A stretch of 63,717 nucleotides of DNA, filler included, from Octopus bimaculoides (taxonomy: Eukaryota): NCBI RefSeq assembly GCF_001194135.2. It is 4 parts of 4 records of this genome, joined end to end, with 100 filler letters (N's around TTAATTAATTAA, not from the genome) between each part and the next. Parts side by side here need not be neighbours in the genome. Positions count along the whole stretch, not along the records: positions 1 to 24,071 come from NC_069007.1; positions 24,172 to 50,907 come from NC_069004.1; 2 more parts are not named here. One strand, 5' to 3'. Below the pieces are notes generated by a model that did not search any database, had not been told where the DNA came from, and worked only from the letters and a program-made list of their open reading frames with translations. Below, one piece after another: positions 22,036-34,326 of the stretch. Position 1 is the first letter of the stretch, and each line of letters starts with the position of its first letter. The position numbers were made by a program, and so were the translations under genes.

Positions 22036-22533
22036 GAATATGTAATGACTGTTCTTTATACTTATGTGTGTGTAATGAATATATACCTTCTAAATGAAAC
22101 TTGAAATTTTGAAAAGAAAAACTTTTATGATGTGCATCTATCTGTCTGAATGTATATTTGTATGTATGCACATCCTTTTCTTGCCTTTTCTTTTTTTCAC
22201 TTTAAATTCCAATATAATGGGAATCTAGGCTATCTGAAGGGTATTTGTATAAAATTTCCTTTAAAAAGTACCCTTTTTCCCCGAAAGTTATGCGGAAACA
22301 AAGTCCACAGGAGGGCACATGTATATATATATATAATTTAGAGAAAAAACCCACAATTCTTGAATTCATCCATGAAAATTCACAGTCACATATAGAAAAA
22401 TTTAATAAGTAAATACACTAAAAAGACCTATAATAAAAATACAAAGTAATTGTGAAATTTAATTTAATTTTAATTTTTATAATTAAATTGAACTTTTATC
22501 CCTAATATTATTATCATAATAATAATAATAATA

Positions 22534-22643
<110 letters not shown>

Positions 22644-23677
22644 TTGCCTGTGAAATAATAGATGACAAAATCAGTCTTCTTCCAGTTTACCTCACAACTA
22701 TATCAGATATAGCTTGTTTGTATTTGTTTGTTTTTTAATTATATATTTGACACTAAAATCTTTAGTTACATATATTCAATGAGAATATTATATACTTATA
22801 TTGAATGCTCTATTGTATCAAAGTATTAATACTATTAAAGTATTTATATATCTAATATGAGCAATTATATATATTTTGTAATATATCATTATTGATATCA
22901 GAAAATCAATATTAGAAAATTCTTCAGTTTTGAATTAAGTTTTTAAAACTTAATTCAGAACTTTTAAACTGTCATATTTATTATTATATATTTATACTTA
23001 TATATATTTATATTTTTAATACAACAATTATTTTACACACGAATATATCTTTCTGAAGAATTTTATAATATTAATGATAATATATTATAAAATTTGACAC
23101 TAAAATGGCAATTTAATATTTTAACAGATTATTTTTTAAATTTGAGCAGTGNNNNNNNNNNGGGGGGGGGGATACAATTTTTCACCCCCTTTTTTTATAG
23201 TTCAACAGCAGTGTTTGTACCTTAAACATTTGTATAATGCTTTAATCCAGATGTGACCACATTAATTAATTAATGTGGTGGATTCTCCATCTGTTTTTCA
23301 ACCAACTGAATTCCTGCTCTAAGAATTCATGTATAAATGTTTGAATACTCTGGACCCTTAACACATTCTCTGGGCAACTCAACGTGAAATAAGGGTGTGC
23401 TTTCGAATTACAGATACAGGCTAAAGAAAGAAAGAAGGAATCAATTTTAGTCACGGTCTGGTACTTTATAGATCTAAAAGGATGAAAGTCGTTGACCTCA
23501 GCAGCATTTGAATTCTAAGCGTAGGGAGTCGGAATAAATACCGCAAGGCATTCTTTCTGTCTAACTCTCTAACAGTTGCGCCAATTCAGCACCCAACCCA
23601 AATAGCCACCCGTCTAAGGACTAACTAGGCTCCACGTTAATATCAGCAGTCAGACTTGAATCAGTATTTTCTACATG

Positions 23678-24071
23678 TGTTGTGTTGTGTTGGCACTCTG
23701 TCACTTACGACGTCAAGGGTTCCAGTTGATCTATCAACAGAACAGCCTGCTTGTGAAATTAACGTGCAAGTGGCTGAGCACTCCACAGACACATGTACCC
23801 TTAATGTAGTTCTCGGGAATATTCAGCATGACACAGAGTGTGACAAGGCTGACCCTTTGAATTACAGGCACAACAGAAACAGGAAGTAAGAGTGAGAGAA
23901 AGTTGTGGTGAAAGAGTACAGCAGGGTTCGCCACCATCCCCTGCCGGAGCCTCGTGGAGCTTTAGGTGTTTTTCGCTCAATAAACACTCACAATGCCCGG
24001 TCTGAGAATCGAAACCGCGATCCTATGACCGCAAGTCCGCTGCCCTAACCACTGAGCCATTGCGCCTCCAC
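23678..24071 (-). mobile_element. SINE family C (tRNA-like head, RTE-like 3' tail)
   Basis: Minus strand ggaggcgcaatggctcagtggttagggcagcggac...ggtttcgattc head; near-identical partial copy at 37231-37511. Confidence 0.85.
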
Positions 24072-24171
24072 NNNNNNNNNNNNNNNNNNNNNNNNNNNNN
24101 NNNNNNNNNNNNNNNTTAATTAATTAANNNNNNNNNNNNNNNNNNNNNNNNNNNNNNNNNNNNNNNNNNNN
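24072..24171. other. Artificial assembly spacer 44N-TTAATTAATTAA-44N
   Basis: Identical 100-bp layout at 24072-24171, 50908-51007 and 61952-62051; TTAATTAATTAA has stops in all six frames. Confidence 0.9.
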
Positions 24172-24632
24172 ATATATATATATATATAGAAAAAACCTGT
24201 CAAGTACAGAGCAGTAATAACAAATGAAATAAATGACTAGGGAGTAAGAAATTATGTCATAAACTTCATTAGCTTACAGTTTAATTATGGAACTAATAAT
24301 TATCTTCTTTGATCTCTAGCTACATCACTTCATTTTTCTCATTTACTTTAATAAGAACTAATTAATGTCTTTTTCTTTTTTCTATATTTTTATCATTGCC
24401 TCTGGCAGGACCTGTGACCTTTCTGTAGGAATTCTGAGACCAATGGGTGGGAGTGGGACTCCACTAAAGGTACTCAATGTGCCAGGTGGTGGTGTCAAAT
24501 CAGGTGATAATTAACCCTGCTGTCTAAATTACATTTATTGAACAAATTAAAACTACCACTCACATGCCAATTAAAAATAATAAAATGCTAATGCCGAGGA
24601 GCCAACCAGCTTTATGTAATAATGACAATCCA

Positions 24633-25006
24633 CTTGGCTGTGTGGTAAGAAGTTGGCTACCCAACCATATGGTTTGGAATTCATTCCCACTGTGTGGCAC
24701 CTTGGGCAAGTGTTTTCTATTATAGCGTCAGGCCAACCAAAGCCTTGTGCGTGGATCTGGTAGAGGGAAACTGAAAGAAGCCCATCATGTGTGTGTGTGT
24801 GTCTTTGTGCCTGTTTTTGTCCCCTGCCACCACTTAACAATCCGTGTTGGTATGTTTACATCCCCATAACTTAGTGGTTCAGCAATAGAGACTGATAGAA
24901 ATAGAATAAGTACCAGGCTTAAAAAAAAAGTATTGGGATTTATTCATTCGACTAAAGATTTTTCAAGGTGGTGCCCCAGCGTGGCCACAGTCTAATAACT
25001 GAAACA
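24633..25006 (+). mobile_element. SINE family A, near full length
   Basis: Head, caccttgggcaagt box, (GT)n and 3' tail. Confidence 0.85.
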
Positions 25007-25547
25007 ACATATACACATGTTTATGTGTGTCTCTGTTGATGGTTTGGTGACAAGAAAGATGGATTGATTTCAGTATTCTCTGTGCAGTAACGTATACAGG
25101 TGAGATAAAAGTATTTTCCCTAATTTCTAACATAAACAGCAGACCACAATTTTTTTTTGTGTGGTGGTAGTGGGGGGGGGGGCATAAATGTATATTTAAT
25201 AAAATTGCCACCAGTACTTGGCTGGTTCTTCCTTTATAGAGCCTGCAGGGAAGAAGAGGCAAAATTAAAAGTCAGCCTTATTAGATTCTTCACGTGAACA
25301 CAGAACATTAAAGAATGAAAACCTGAAATACCATAATATTTTACCTTCAGTCTCTTTACCAATTTCTTTTTAATTATTAATAAAATGTCTCCAGGACTTT
25401 GGTCTTTGAAGTGAAGAAAGATTTTGTATCATTGGAGACCATTACTAACAATTCTGTTTTCATGGACTTACATAAAAGAAGTTTCTAACATCATCATTAT
25501 TATTATTATTATTATTATTATCATTATTATTATATTGTATATTATTG

Positions 25548-25910
25548 TTAAGGTGGTGAACTGGCAGAATAATTAGCACGCAAGTCAAAATGATCTGCAG
25601 CATCTCGTCTGTTTACCCATTCTGAATCCAGATTCCTCTGAGGTTGACTTTGCCTTTCATTCTTTTCGGGGCTGATAAATTGAGTCCCAGTGAAACACTG
25701 GGATCGATGTAATCAACTAGCCCCCTCTCCCAAAATTTCAGGCTTTATGCATATGGTAGAAACGATTATTATCATTATTATTATCATCATCGTTATTATC
25801 ATCATTATTATTATTGGAGTCAATAAAATAAGTACCAGTTGAGTACTGGGGTCAATATTACCAACTTACCTCCTCCCCCAAAATTGCTGGCCTTCTGCCA
25901 AAACTTGGAA
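25548..25910 (+). mobile_element. SINE family B full copy plus partial second copy
   Basis: aaggtggtgaactggcagaat head; (ATT/ATC)n tails. Confidence 0.75.
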
Positions 25911-25918
25911 TCATCATC

Positions 25919-25950
<32 letters not shown>

Positions 25951-26281
25951 CATCATTATTATTAACATTTGTAGAAATTAACTTCAAAGCGGAGAGAAAG
26001 AGAAGGAAAAAAAAAAGCCCATTTCAAACGAAACATAGAATACTTTTGATAAAACACATAAAATTCCATTTTAAATTATCCGTGGTTCTTTCCACTGAAA
26101 TATTTCTGAAAACCATAACTTTTAAAAGGAATCAGTTTTGTTTTGTTTTGAAATTCTTATGTGGTTTTTCTTTTTCTATCTTTTTAAAGAGATATTGGGT
26201 ATAAAAGCTGTATTTTTTTATGTATTTATTTATTTTGGTTTTTGCTTTTTGTCTTATAGTATCTTTGAATATCAGCACCAA

Positions 26282-26332
<51 letters not shown>

Positions 26333-26481
26333 GTAACATGTACTGCCATCAGACTGGCAATATTAGTTATCCAGAAAATAAATATATCCCTTCACTTTCC
26401 CACGCGTCATCTCTTCATATCTGTGACACCTAAACTGTCTTAGCAACAGATGATGATTCTGTGAACGTGTGAAACCGTAGA

Positions 26482-26675
26482 CTAACAGGAATGGAGTTGC
26501 TTCGGTGTAAAAGAGTTGGCACCATTCCATACCATGGGAAAGGTATGATCGCTTGTCTCAGGTTTACCACCTCTCACTACATACATTTTTAAGGGGTGCT
26601 GGAGAGTGACCCCTTTTGTAAACATGTCTGAGTTCAAATCATACCAGGGTTCACTTGGTATTCCATCTTCCAAAA
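26482..26675 (-). CDS. Candidate exon (VLEDGIPSEPWYDLNSDMFTKGVTLQHPLKMYVVRGGKPETSDHTFPMVWNGANSFTPKQLHSC*)
   Basis: tttattttctcag| acceptor followed by about 64 open codons of non-repetitive, protein-like sequence; no homology recognised. Confidence 0.3.
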
Positions 26676-26911
26676 CTGAGAAAATAAATACTATATTCAA
26701 TGGAACAAAAGACACATATGCATGTTAGAGGTACCCCAATTTGAGCAGCACTTAGGGATAAAATGTTTTAAGTACATTAAAGCTTGTAATATAGGCCTAA
26801 GCTCACATATAGGATCCAGCGTGGGTTGTTTTGAGATTTTTTTCAAGCAAAATTTATTTATGAGCCCTTAATATACTACTAAGGATCCCAATTTATCATT
26901 TTGCCTATCTC

Positions 26912-27588
26912 TTTTACTCTTTTACTGGTTTCAGTCATTTGACTGCGGCCATGCTGGAGCACTGCCTTTAGTCGCGCAAATCGACCCCGGGACTTATTCT
27001 TTGTAAGCCTAGTACTTATTCTATCTTTTTGCCGAACCGCTAAGTGACGGGGACATAAACACACCAGCAATGGTTGTCAAGCAATGCTAAGGGAACAAAC
27101 ACACACATACACAAGCACACACACACACACACACATACATATATATATANNNNNNNNNNNNNNNNNNNNNNNNNNNNNNNNNNNNNNNNNNNNNNNNNNN
27201 NNNNNNNNNNNNNNNNNNNNNNNNNNNNNNNNNNNNNNNNNNNNNNNNGGTTGGATGTATAAAAGATAATAAGAGTGAAAAAACTACAGAAGGCTTGTGT
27301 TACATGGTTAAAGTATATATTTAAATTATGTCAGAAAAATGTTAGAAAAATGTTAGAAAAATGTTAGAAAATCTTTTTGGTATATAAACATTGTATTATA
27401 TATATATGTATATACATTTATACGATGGGCTTCTTTCAGTTTCTGTCTACCAAATCCACTCACAAGGCTTTGGTCGGCCCAAAGCTATAGTAGAAGACAC
27501 TTGCCCAAGATGCCACACAGTGGGACTGAACCCAGAACCATGTGGTTGGTAAGCAAGCTACTTACCACACAGCCACTCCTGCGCCTAT
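26912..27588 (-). mobile_element. SINE family A halves (3' half 26912-27110; 5' half 27421-27588) separated by microsatellite, gap and AT-rich DNA
   Basis: Both segments match family A; they may be two copies. Confidence 0.8.
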
Positions 27589-28338
27589 GTGGACCCTGGT
27601 TGAGAACCACAGCTCTAAAGTTACCTAAAAGAAGATCCTATTGAGGTCCTGACTATGTCCACAGTTCTGTAGTTCTGTCTATGTAGTTCCATGTCTGTGT
27701 TGTCTAAGAGAGGCTGTAGTCTTTGTTGCAGCTGTATATCATCTATGTCATCTCCTACACCACCACCACCACTTCGTAACTTAGTCTTCTTTCAATCTGT
27801 CATACACATCATAAAACATTGGCTCTGACTAAAAGAGACTCTTTTTTGGCTGTTGTTTCAATGACAGCGTCACAGAAACTAACACCGGCTCACATTATTC
27901 ACACTTCACATACATTCAGCAATGATGCAGCCTTCTGCTTGCTGTCTCTCCTCGCAAACATGCCAGTAATAGGTTCACACACACACACACACACACACAT
28001 GCATACACACAGACATCTCTGTACATTTTATGTATATATGCCAGTATGGAAGGCGGACGTTAACTGATGATATATATATATATATATATAAACATACATC
28101 ATTATGTGCATTTTCACTGAGAGAAGGAGGACAACATCCTTGCAAATATCCTTACATACTCGCATGCATACATGTACAACACACATATGCACATACAAGT
28201 GCATACATCATGTATACACATCATGAAAACAAAGACCAGTGCATATGTACACAGGCACACATACACACTCATGTCTATATAACACGCATTCACAAATGCA
28301 CACGTTCTTAAAAACACACCCACATGCACAACCATCAA

Positions 28339-28381
<43 letters not shown>

Positions 28382-28540
28382 GCTCACATATTCTCTCATA
28401 CCCATACAAATGCACAGACACACACAAGGTTACACACAAAACATGACATATTTAATGCAAAGACACATACACACACAGAAAAATTTAAAACAAACACACG
28501 CATGAATATATGCATGCAACAGTGCACACACTCACATATG

Positions 28541-28574
<34 letters not shown>

Positions 28575-29264
28575 GTCTCATGCCCACAAAAATGCTCAGA
28601 CACACACATACAAAACATAACACAGACAAATTACAAACACACACAGAGGACACGACCAGTTTGTTTCTGAAAGTAGACAGGAAATAAGGTGTAAAAGAAC
28701 CCATGTCTTTAGGTTTTAAGGTTCATTGCACAGAAAGTTTGCATGTCTGAAGAATTCTTGATGTTGCTACCAAAGTTGACTCCAGTTCTACCATTCTTCC
28801 CATGATGCATCTGTTGTCATCTTCTCATTAGGAACGGAATTGTTTTGCTTCTGTGAGTTAGAGACGTCTCGAATCTGTCTGTTGACGTTCTGCACCGAGT
28901 CAACTTTCTTGGGGTGACGACCTGTCGGTAGTTTTTGGCACCAACAACTTGCCAAAACATGTAGACATTTGTAACGGTGGTGGTGGTGGGGAGGAGATGG
29001 GTAATGTTGGGGGTGGGGTAGAGGGGGGTGAAGCAAACAGGATTTTTACATCCATTTTATGTTTTGCGTTTTTATGTTTCGATTTTTTTGTTGTGTTTCT
29101 TTTTACTTCTTTATTGTAATGAAGTATGTGTGTGCCTGTGTATGCATATTTGTATTTGTGTGTGTGTGTGTTTGACAATATTAATATAGTATGGCATAAT
29201 ACTTGATATTGAAACAAAATTCAGCAGTTGATAATGTTTGATTTTTAATGACGCTAGTATTAGA

Positions 29265-29945
29265 TTGAAGGCTAGGGCAGTGAGCTAGCAGAATCATTAA
29301 CATACCGGGCAAAATGCTGGGCAGCATTTTGTCCATCCTTACGTTCTGAGTTCAAATTCTACTAAGGTCTACTCGGCCTTTCATCCTTTCAGAGTCAATA
29401 AAATATGTACCAGTTGAACAATGGGGTCGATGTAATCAACTTGCCCACCTCCCCAAATTTGTTGGGCTTGTGCCAAAATCTGGAACCAATATTGTAGTGA
29501 TGGCTAGGGCAGTGACCTGGTAGAACCTTTCGCGTGTTGAGCAAAATGCTTTGGTAGCATTTCGTCTGTCTTTACAATTCTGAGTTCAAATTCCTCTGAG
29601 GTCAGCTTTGTCTTTCATCCTCTTGGGATTCAATAGAATAGGTAGCAACTGAGCAACGGGGTCAATGTAATTGACTTAGCCCCCCCCCCTCCTCCTCCCC
29701 AAAATTTTTGGCCTGGTGCCAAAAATTTTAAACCAATATTATAGTGAAGGTTTAGTGGTGAGCTGGCAGAATCATGACTGTGCCAGGCAAAAATGCTTTG
29801 TGACATTTCATTTGTCTTTACATTCTGAGTTCAAATACACCTTCGCCTTTCGTTCTTTTGGTGGGGTTGATAAAATAAGTACCAGTCGACTTACCCCCTC
29901 CCCAAAATTGCAGGCCTTGTACCAAAATATCAAAGCAATATTGTA
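29265..29945 (+). mobile_element. Tandem trimer of SINE family B
   Basis: Three units of about 230 bp, each ending caatatt(g/a)tagtga(a/t)(g/a)g and restarting at a SINE head. Confidence 0.85.
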
Positions 29946-30026
29946 GTGAAAGTTGTGTGTTAGAGTTAGTAGTATTACACTAAAAATTGTATGGTTATAC
30001 TTAGTCGCATTAGTTGTGTGGCCAAG

Positions 30027-30419
30027 TTACTCTTTTACTCTTTTACTTGTTTCAGTCATTTGACTGCGGCCATGCTGGAGTACCACCTTTAGTCGAGCAA
30101 ATCGACCCTGGGACTTATTCTTTGTAAGCCTAGTACTTATTCTATCGGTCTCTTTTGCCAAACCGCTAAGTGACGGGGACATAAACACACCAGCATCGGT
30201 TGTCAAGCAATGCTAGGGAGACAAACGCAAACACAGACACACAAACATACACACACACACACACACACATATATATACACATATACGACGGGCTTCTTTC
30301 AGTTTCCGTCTACCAAATCCGCTCACAAGGCTTTGCTCGGCCCGAGGCTATAGTAGAAGACACTTGCCCGAGGTGCCACGCAGTGGGAATGAACCCGGAA
30401 CCATGTGGTTGGTAAGCAA
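30027..30419 (-). mobile_element. SINE family A, near full length, low divergence
   Basis: Close to the family consensus; the head runs into a gap. Confidence 0.9.
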
Positions 30420-30784
30420 NNNNNNNNNNNNNNNNNNNNNNNNNNNNNNNNNNNNNNNNNNNNNNNNNNNNNNNNNNNNNNNNNNNNNNNNNNNNNNNNN
30501 NNNNNNNNNNNNNNNNNNNNNNNNNNNNNNNNNNNNNNNNNNNNNNNNNNNNNNNNNNNNNNNNNNNNNNNNNNNNNNNNNNNNNNNNNNNNNNNNNNNN
30601 NNNNNNNNNNNNNNNNNNNNNNNNNNNNNNNNNNNNNNNNNNNNNNNNNNNNNNNNNNNNNNNNNNNNNNNNNNNNNNNNNNNNNNNNNNNNNNNNNNNN
30701 NNNNNNNNNNNNNNNNNNNNNNNNNNNNNNNNNNNNNNNNNNNNNNNNNNNNNNNNNNNNNNNNNNNNNNNNNNNNNNNNNNNN

Positions 30785-31060
30785 CATCATATGATTCGGA
30801 TTCTCCTTTAATATTCTTTCTTTCCGCTTCATAGACTGCATCGAGTAAATCTTTCATTGGAAATACATGCATCACTTAACAGTTTCTCTCAGGCTAAGTT
30901 AGTGTCATATGAAGGAGACTTGGCTGCTGTTTTTACCAGGTTGAATGACCGTATAGAGGCCCTTTTTCATCAGCTCTTCATTGCTCCTGTCTCGCCACAA
31001 CTTTTAAAACCTTGCACCATAAATCTCTTCCACAACATCTGTAAAGTTGCCAGAAATTGC
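30785..31060 (-). mobile_element. Possible pogo/Tigger-type transposase C-terminal remnant
   Basis: Minus frame LATLQMLWKRFMVQGFKSCG resembles the AW..V....I..xFKxCG end of DDE_1 domains; multiple stops. Confidence 0.25.
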
Positions 31061-31689
31061 CAACCTAATTCATTTTTTAATTTTTGTATTTTCTTCAATG
31101 TTTTTTTTCTTTCTTTTAGTAATATATAAAGACTTTTAGTGAGAAGGAGAGAGAGAACGATTGATTAATTGAGTGTTTCCTCATTGAAAAAGAAAAAAGA
31201 AAATTATTATATACCCCCATCCTTCTCTCGTTCTATCAGCCCAGATATTTCAAAATAACATCTGTTAATTCTTCTCTATTACATGATACCAAATGCAATC
31301 CATTTGCTCATCCAGTTTCTTGGGTTTAATTTTTATTATTTATTTATTTTATTTATTTATTTATTTTATTTTATTTTTTTTTTGAAGATGTCTTCAGGCA
31401 GTTTTGTGCCGCCATTTAAGCTTTTAATATCGGTAACGCTGTTCCTTTAGCATTAGCAGAACTGTATCAGTATTATTAATGGAACCATATTTGTTTGTTG
31501 GTTTTGTTGGGGTTTTTTTTTGGAGGGGGGGAATGGGTAGGAAGAGATCATATGAGATCTACTTCAAGCCCTTTTTGGCTTTGCATGTGTCTGTCTAACT
31601 GTCTATCTGTCAGTCTATATGTGTCTATCTATGACTGTTTCTATCTGTCTATCTGTCTGTATGTATGTATGTATGTATGCCTTTATCTC

Positions 31690-31880
31690 TCCATCTACCT
31701 GTCTCTCTATTCATATCTATCTATCCCTTTCTATCTATCTATTCATATCTATCTATCCCTTTCTATCTATCTATCCCTTTCTATCTATCTATTCATATCT
31801 ATCTATCCCTTTCTATCTATCTATTCATATCTATCTATCCCTTTCTATCTATCTATTCATATCTATCTATCCCTTTCTAT
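31690..31880. repeat. Minisatellite, about 32-bp unit derived from (CTAT)n
   Basis: ctatctattcatatctatctatccctttctat repeated about 5 times. Confidence 0.9.
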
Positions 31881-32423
31881 TTGCTTAGTGGGGTGAAAAC
31901 CAAGGACCAAACATTTTTACAAATAAGGTCCTGTTTTTTTTTTATGTTCTTTGTTCTTTGAGAAGAAACCTAATTCAAGGTTCTTTTTACAGATCCCTTT
32001 TTACTCACTGTTTTCTAAACCTGAGAAAAGTAAGTAGGGGTGCAAATTTTGATTTTGCACATCACAAAAATTTTACTGGGTGCACTTGCACCCCTGTTAC
32101 CAGGCCCATGCATGGGAGCTGGATAACTTGGCCCTGTGAGTCTTAGCACTTGAGACGGTAATGTCTGAGGGTTATGGTGGTGGTGATGTAGTAGCTAGAG
32201 GTGTTGTTAGCTACAATGATACTTGCCCCACCTTTTGGGTGGCTTTGAGTTTGTTTTTTTTATTAATGCAAAAGCAGAAAATATACGAAGCCCATTATAC
32301 CCATCATGATTACCCGTCTGATAAGGGTACACCAGGCACATGCATCACAACCATATGTGTGCGACATGGTGATCTCATATCAAGATAAACAGCACATGAC
32401 CTCGCAAGTGAGGCCCAGTCAGA

Positions 32424-32476
<53 letters not shown>

Positions 32477-32533
32477 CATTTAAAACAGTTTGATTTGGTC
32501 CCATGCAATTTTAAGTTCCATAACATCTTACAG

Positions 32534-32662
32534 AAACCTAGCTCACTGGACTCAGTTAGCCGAGAAGCCCAACAAGCTAAGTTTCTGGAAGAAGTCTACG
32601 ACACTTTACATTGCATTAGGCTGGCTCAAACTGTTTTAAATAATACATGTAACTGCTACTAA
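32534..32662 (+). CDS. Candidate exon with two open frames (KPSSLDSVSREAQQAKFLEEVYDTLHCIRLAQTVLNNTCNCY* or NLAHWTQLAEKPNKLSFWKKSTTLYIALGWLKLF*)
   Basis: catcttacag| acceptor; two plus frames are open and all minus frames are closed; no homology recognised. Confidence 0.3.
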   Translation, partial: KPSSLDSVSREAQQAKFLEEVYDTLHCIRLAQTVLNNTCNCY

Positions 32663-33475
32663 ATGTGTTGAGTGCTTCTTTCTGTTTTGTATTTTTTTTT
32701 GTCCACTCAGCTATGTGTGTATGTATATAGACTGTCTTAGTTTTATAACAGGTACCCCATGTCATAAGAGGTGACTAAAATAGTTTTTGTGGGGAAGGGC
32801 ATCTGGCTGCAGAACCCTGCCTCAGAAAATCTAACATGTACCAACATGAAGAAATAGACATAAAGCGATGATGGTGATGAGGAGGAGGAGGAGGAGAGCT
32901 GTGGATATCAATGACCCAGCAGTGCTATTTGTAGTTACATGATACATAGTTTCACATCTTGTTCTGAGACATCTGCCAAACCAGATGGTTGTGTTATGGC
33001 AGTATTTCACAGTTCTTCTTTCTCCAAAAACTTATTTATCCCCGGTTTTGTAATCCATGCTTAAAGCAACCTTGAAACTATTCTTTGTCTGCTTTTTAAA
33101 GAACTCTTTCGACATTCATTAAAGTTGCCTTGAAATCTTTCTTTTCCTCTGAGAATGAAAAAAAAAAAAAATCTTTGGCAAGATTTTTCCTTTCTCCTAT
33201 GAAAAATGTAACATGTAGTCAATAACTCAGCTCATTTAGAGGGGGAAAATGGCAAGAGACATTTAAGAGTTGTAATAATTCATAATTCTTTTTTTATAGA
33301 CAGAATTCATTTTTGAATATCGTCCAGATTTTTATAATTGATGCAAAGAATATTCTTCACTCGTTTATCTTGGGTGTTGAAGCACAATAATGGGTAGAGC
33401 ATTAGAATGGCAGAACCATATTCTGGTCATAGATCGATTTGCTTTTACCAATATATATTTTACTAATATATTCTA

Positions 33476-33653
33476 TCTTTCATTTGTTTCAGTCATAAGA
33501 CTGTGGCCATGCTGGGGTACTACCTTGAAGATTTTTTTAGTCATATGAATTGAATGCAGTACTTATTCTATCACTCCTTTTTGCCAAACTGCTTAGTTAT
33601 GGGGACGTAAACACACCAACACCAGTTGTCAAGCAGTGGTGGGAGACAAACAA

Positions 33654-33711
<58 letters not shown>

Positions 33712-33822
33712 GACAGGCTTCTTTCAGTTTCTGTCTTCCAAGTTCACTCACAAGGCTTTGGTTGGCCTAAGGCTATAGAAGATACTCGCCGAAAGTGCCA
33801 TTCAATAGGAATGAACCTGGAA

Positions 33823-33825
<3 letters not shown>
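33476..33825 (-). mobile_element. SINE family A, diverged
   Basis: 3' tail, internal microsatellite and most of the head. Confidence 0.85.
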
Positions 33826-33859
<34 letters not shown>

Positions 33860-33907
33860 GGAGATGTACTTGCATAGCAAGTGACTTGATCTGAGATCGT
33901 GTGCTGA

Positions 33908-34172
33908 AACAAAAACAATTGCAGCGTACACACAAAGACTGTTAGATTCACTTCAACATTTAAATTTAATTTGTCAAAATATTTTTGGTGCTTTGAAACC
34001 ACGACCTATTCACTAACAAATGCAGCACGGAATTTTGCCAGTGAATGGGTTGCGGTTTCAAAGCAACGAAAATATTTTGACAAATTAAATTTAAATGTTG
34101 AAGTGAATCTAATGGTATTTGTGTGTTTTTAAATGGTTTATAAACACCTTCCACACTGCAATTGTGTTTGTT
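33908..34172. mobile_element. Palindromic MITE
   Basis: ttagattcacttcaacatttaaatttaatttgtcaaaatattt vs aaatattttgacaaattaaatttaaatgttgaagtgaatctaa; outer aattgcag / ctgcaatt. Confidence 0.85.
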
Positions 34173-34292
34173 TGTCTATGTATATATATAAATATAATTG
34201 CCAACTAAGTGTGCCGTCCTATACAGGACAGTGCTACTGACGTTTATAGCCCTAGGAAGACTCCTCCAGCTGGCTATATCTTGCTCAGAGAT

Positions 34293-34326
<34 letters not shown>

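Noticed and set aside
22700-23150. Extremely AT-rich tract with small hairpins (possible NUMT/control region or origin)
   Set aside because: No mitochondrial gene or tRNA homology is visible, and short hairpins are expected by chance at this AT content
23266-23454. Minus ORF ending FLEQEFSWLKNRWRIHHIN, faintly like the Harbinger/IS5 transposase E..F..LK.RWR motif
   Set aside because: A single short motif with no other catalytic residues in register is too weak to call
23678-24071. tRNA-like cloverleaf start on the minus strand (also the heads of SINE families A, B and D)
   Set aside because: It runs straight into a several-hundred-bp repeat body present in multiple copies and lacks a complete acceptor stem, so it is a SINE head rather than a tRNA gene
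29265-29945. Regularly spaced repeats superficially like a CRISPR array
   Set aside because: Units are about 230-bp SINE copies, there are no unique spacers of constant length and no cas genes, and the context is eukaryotic
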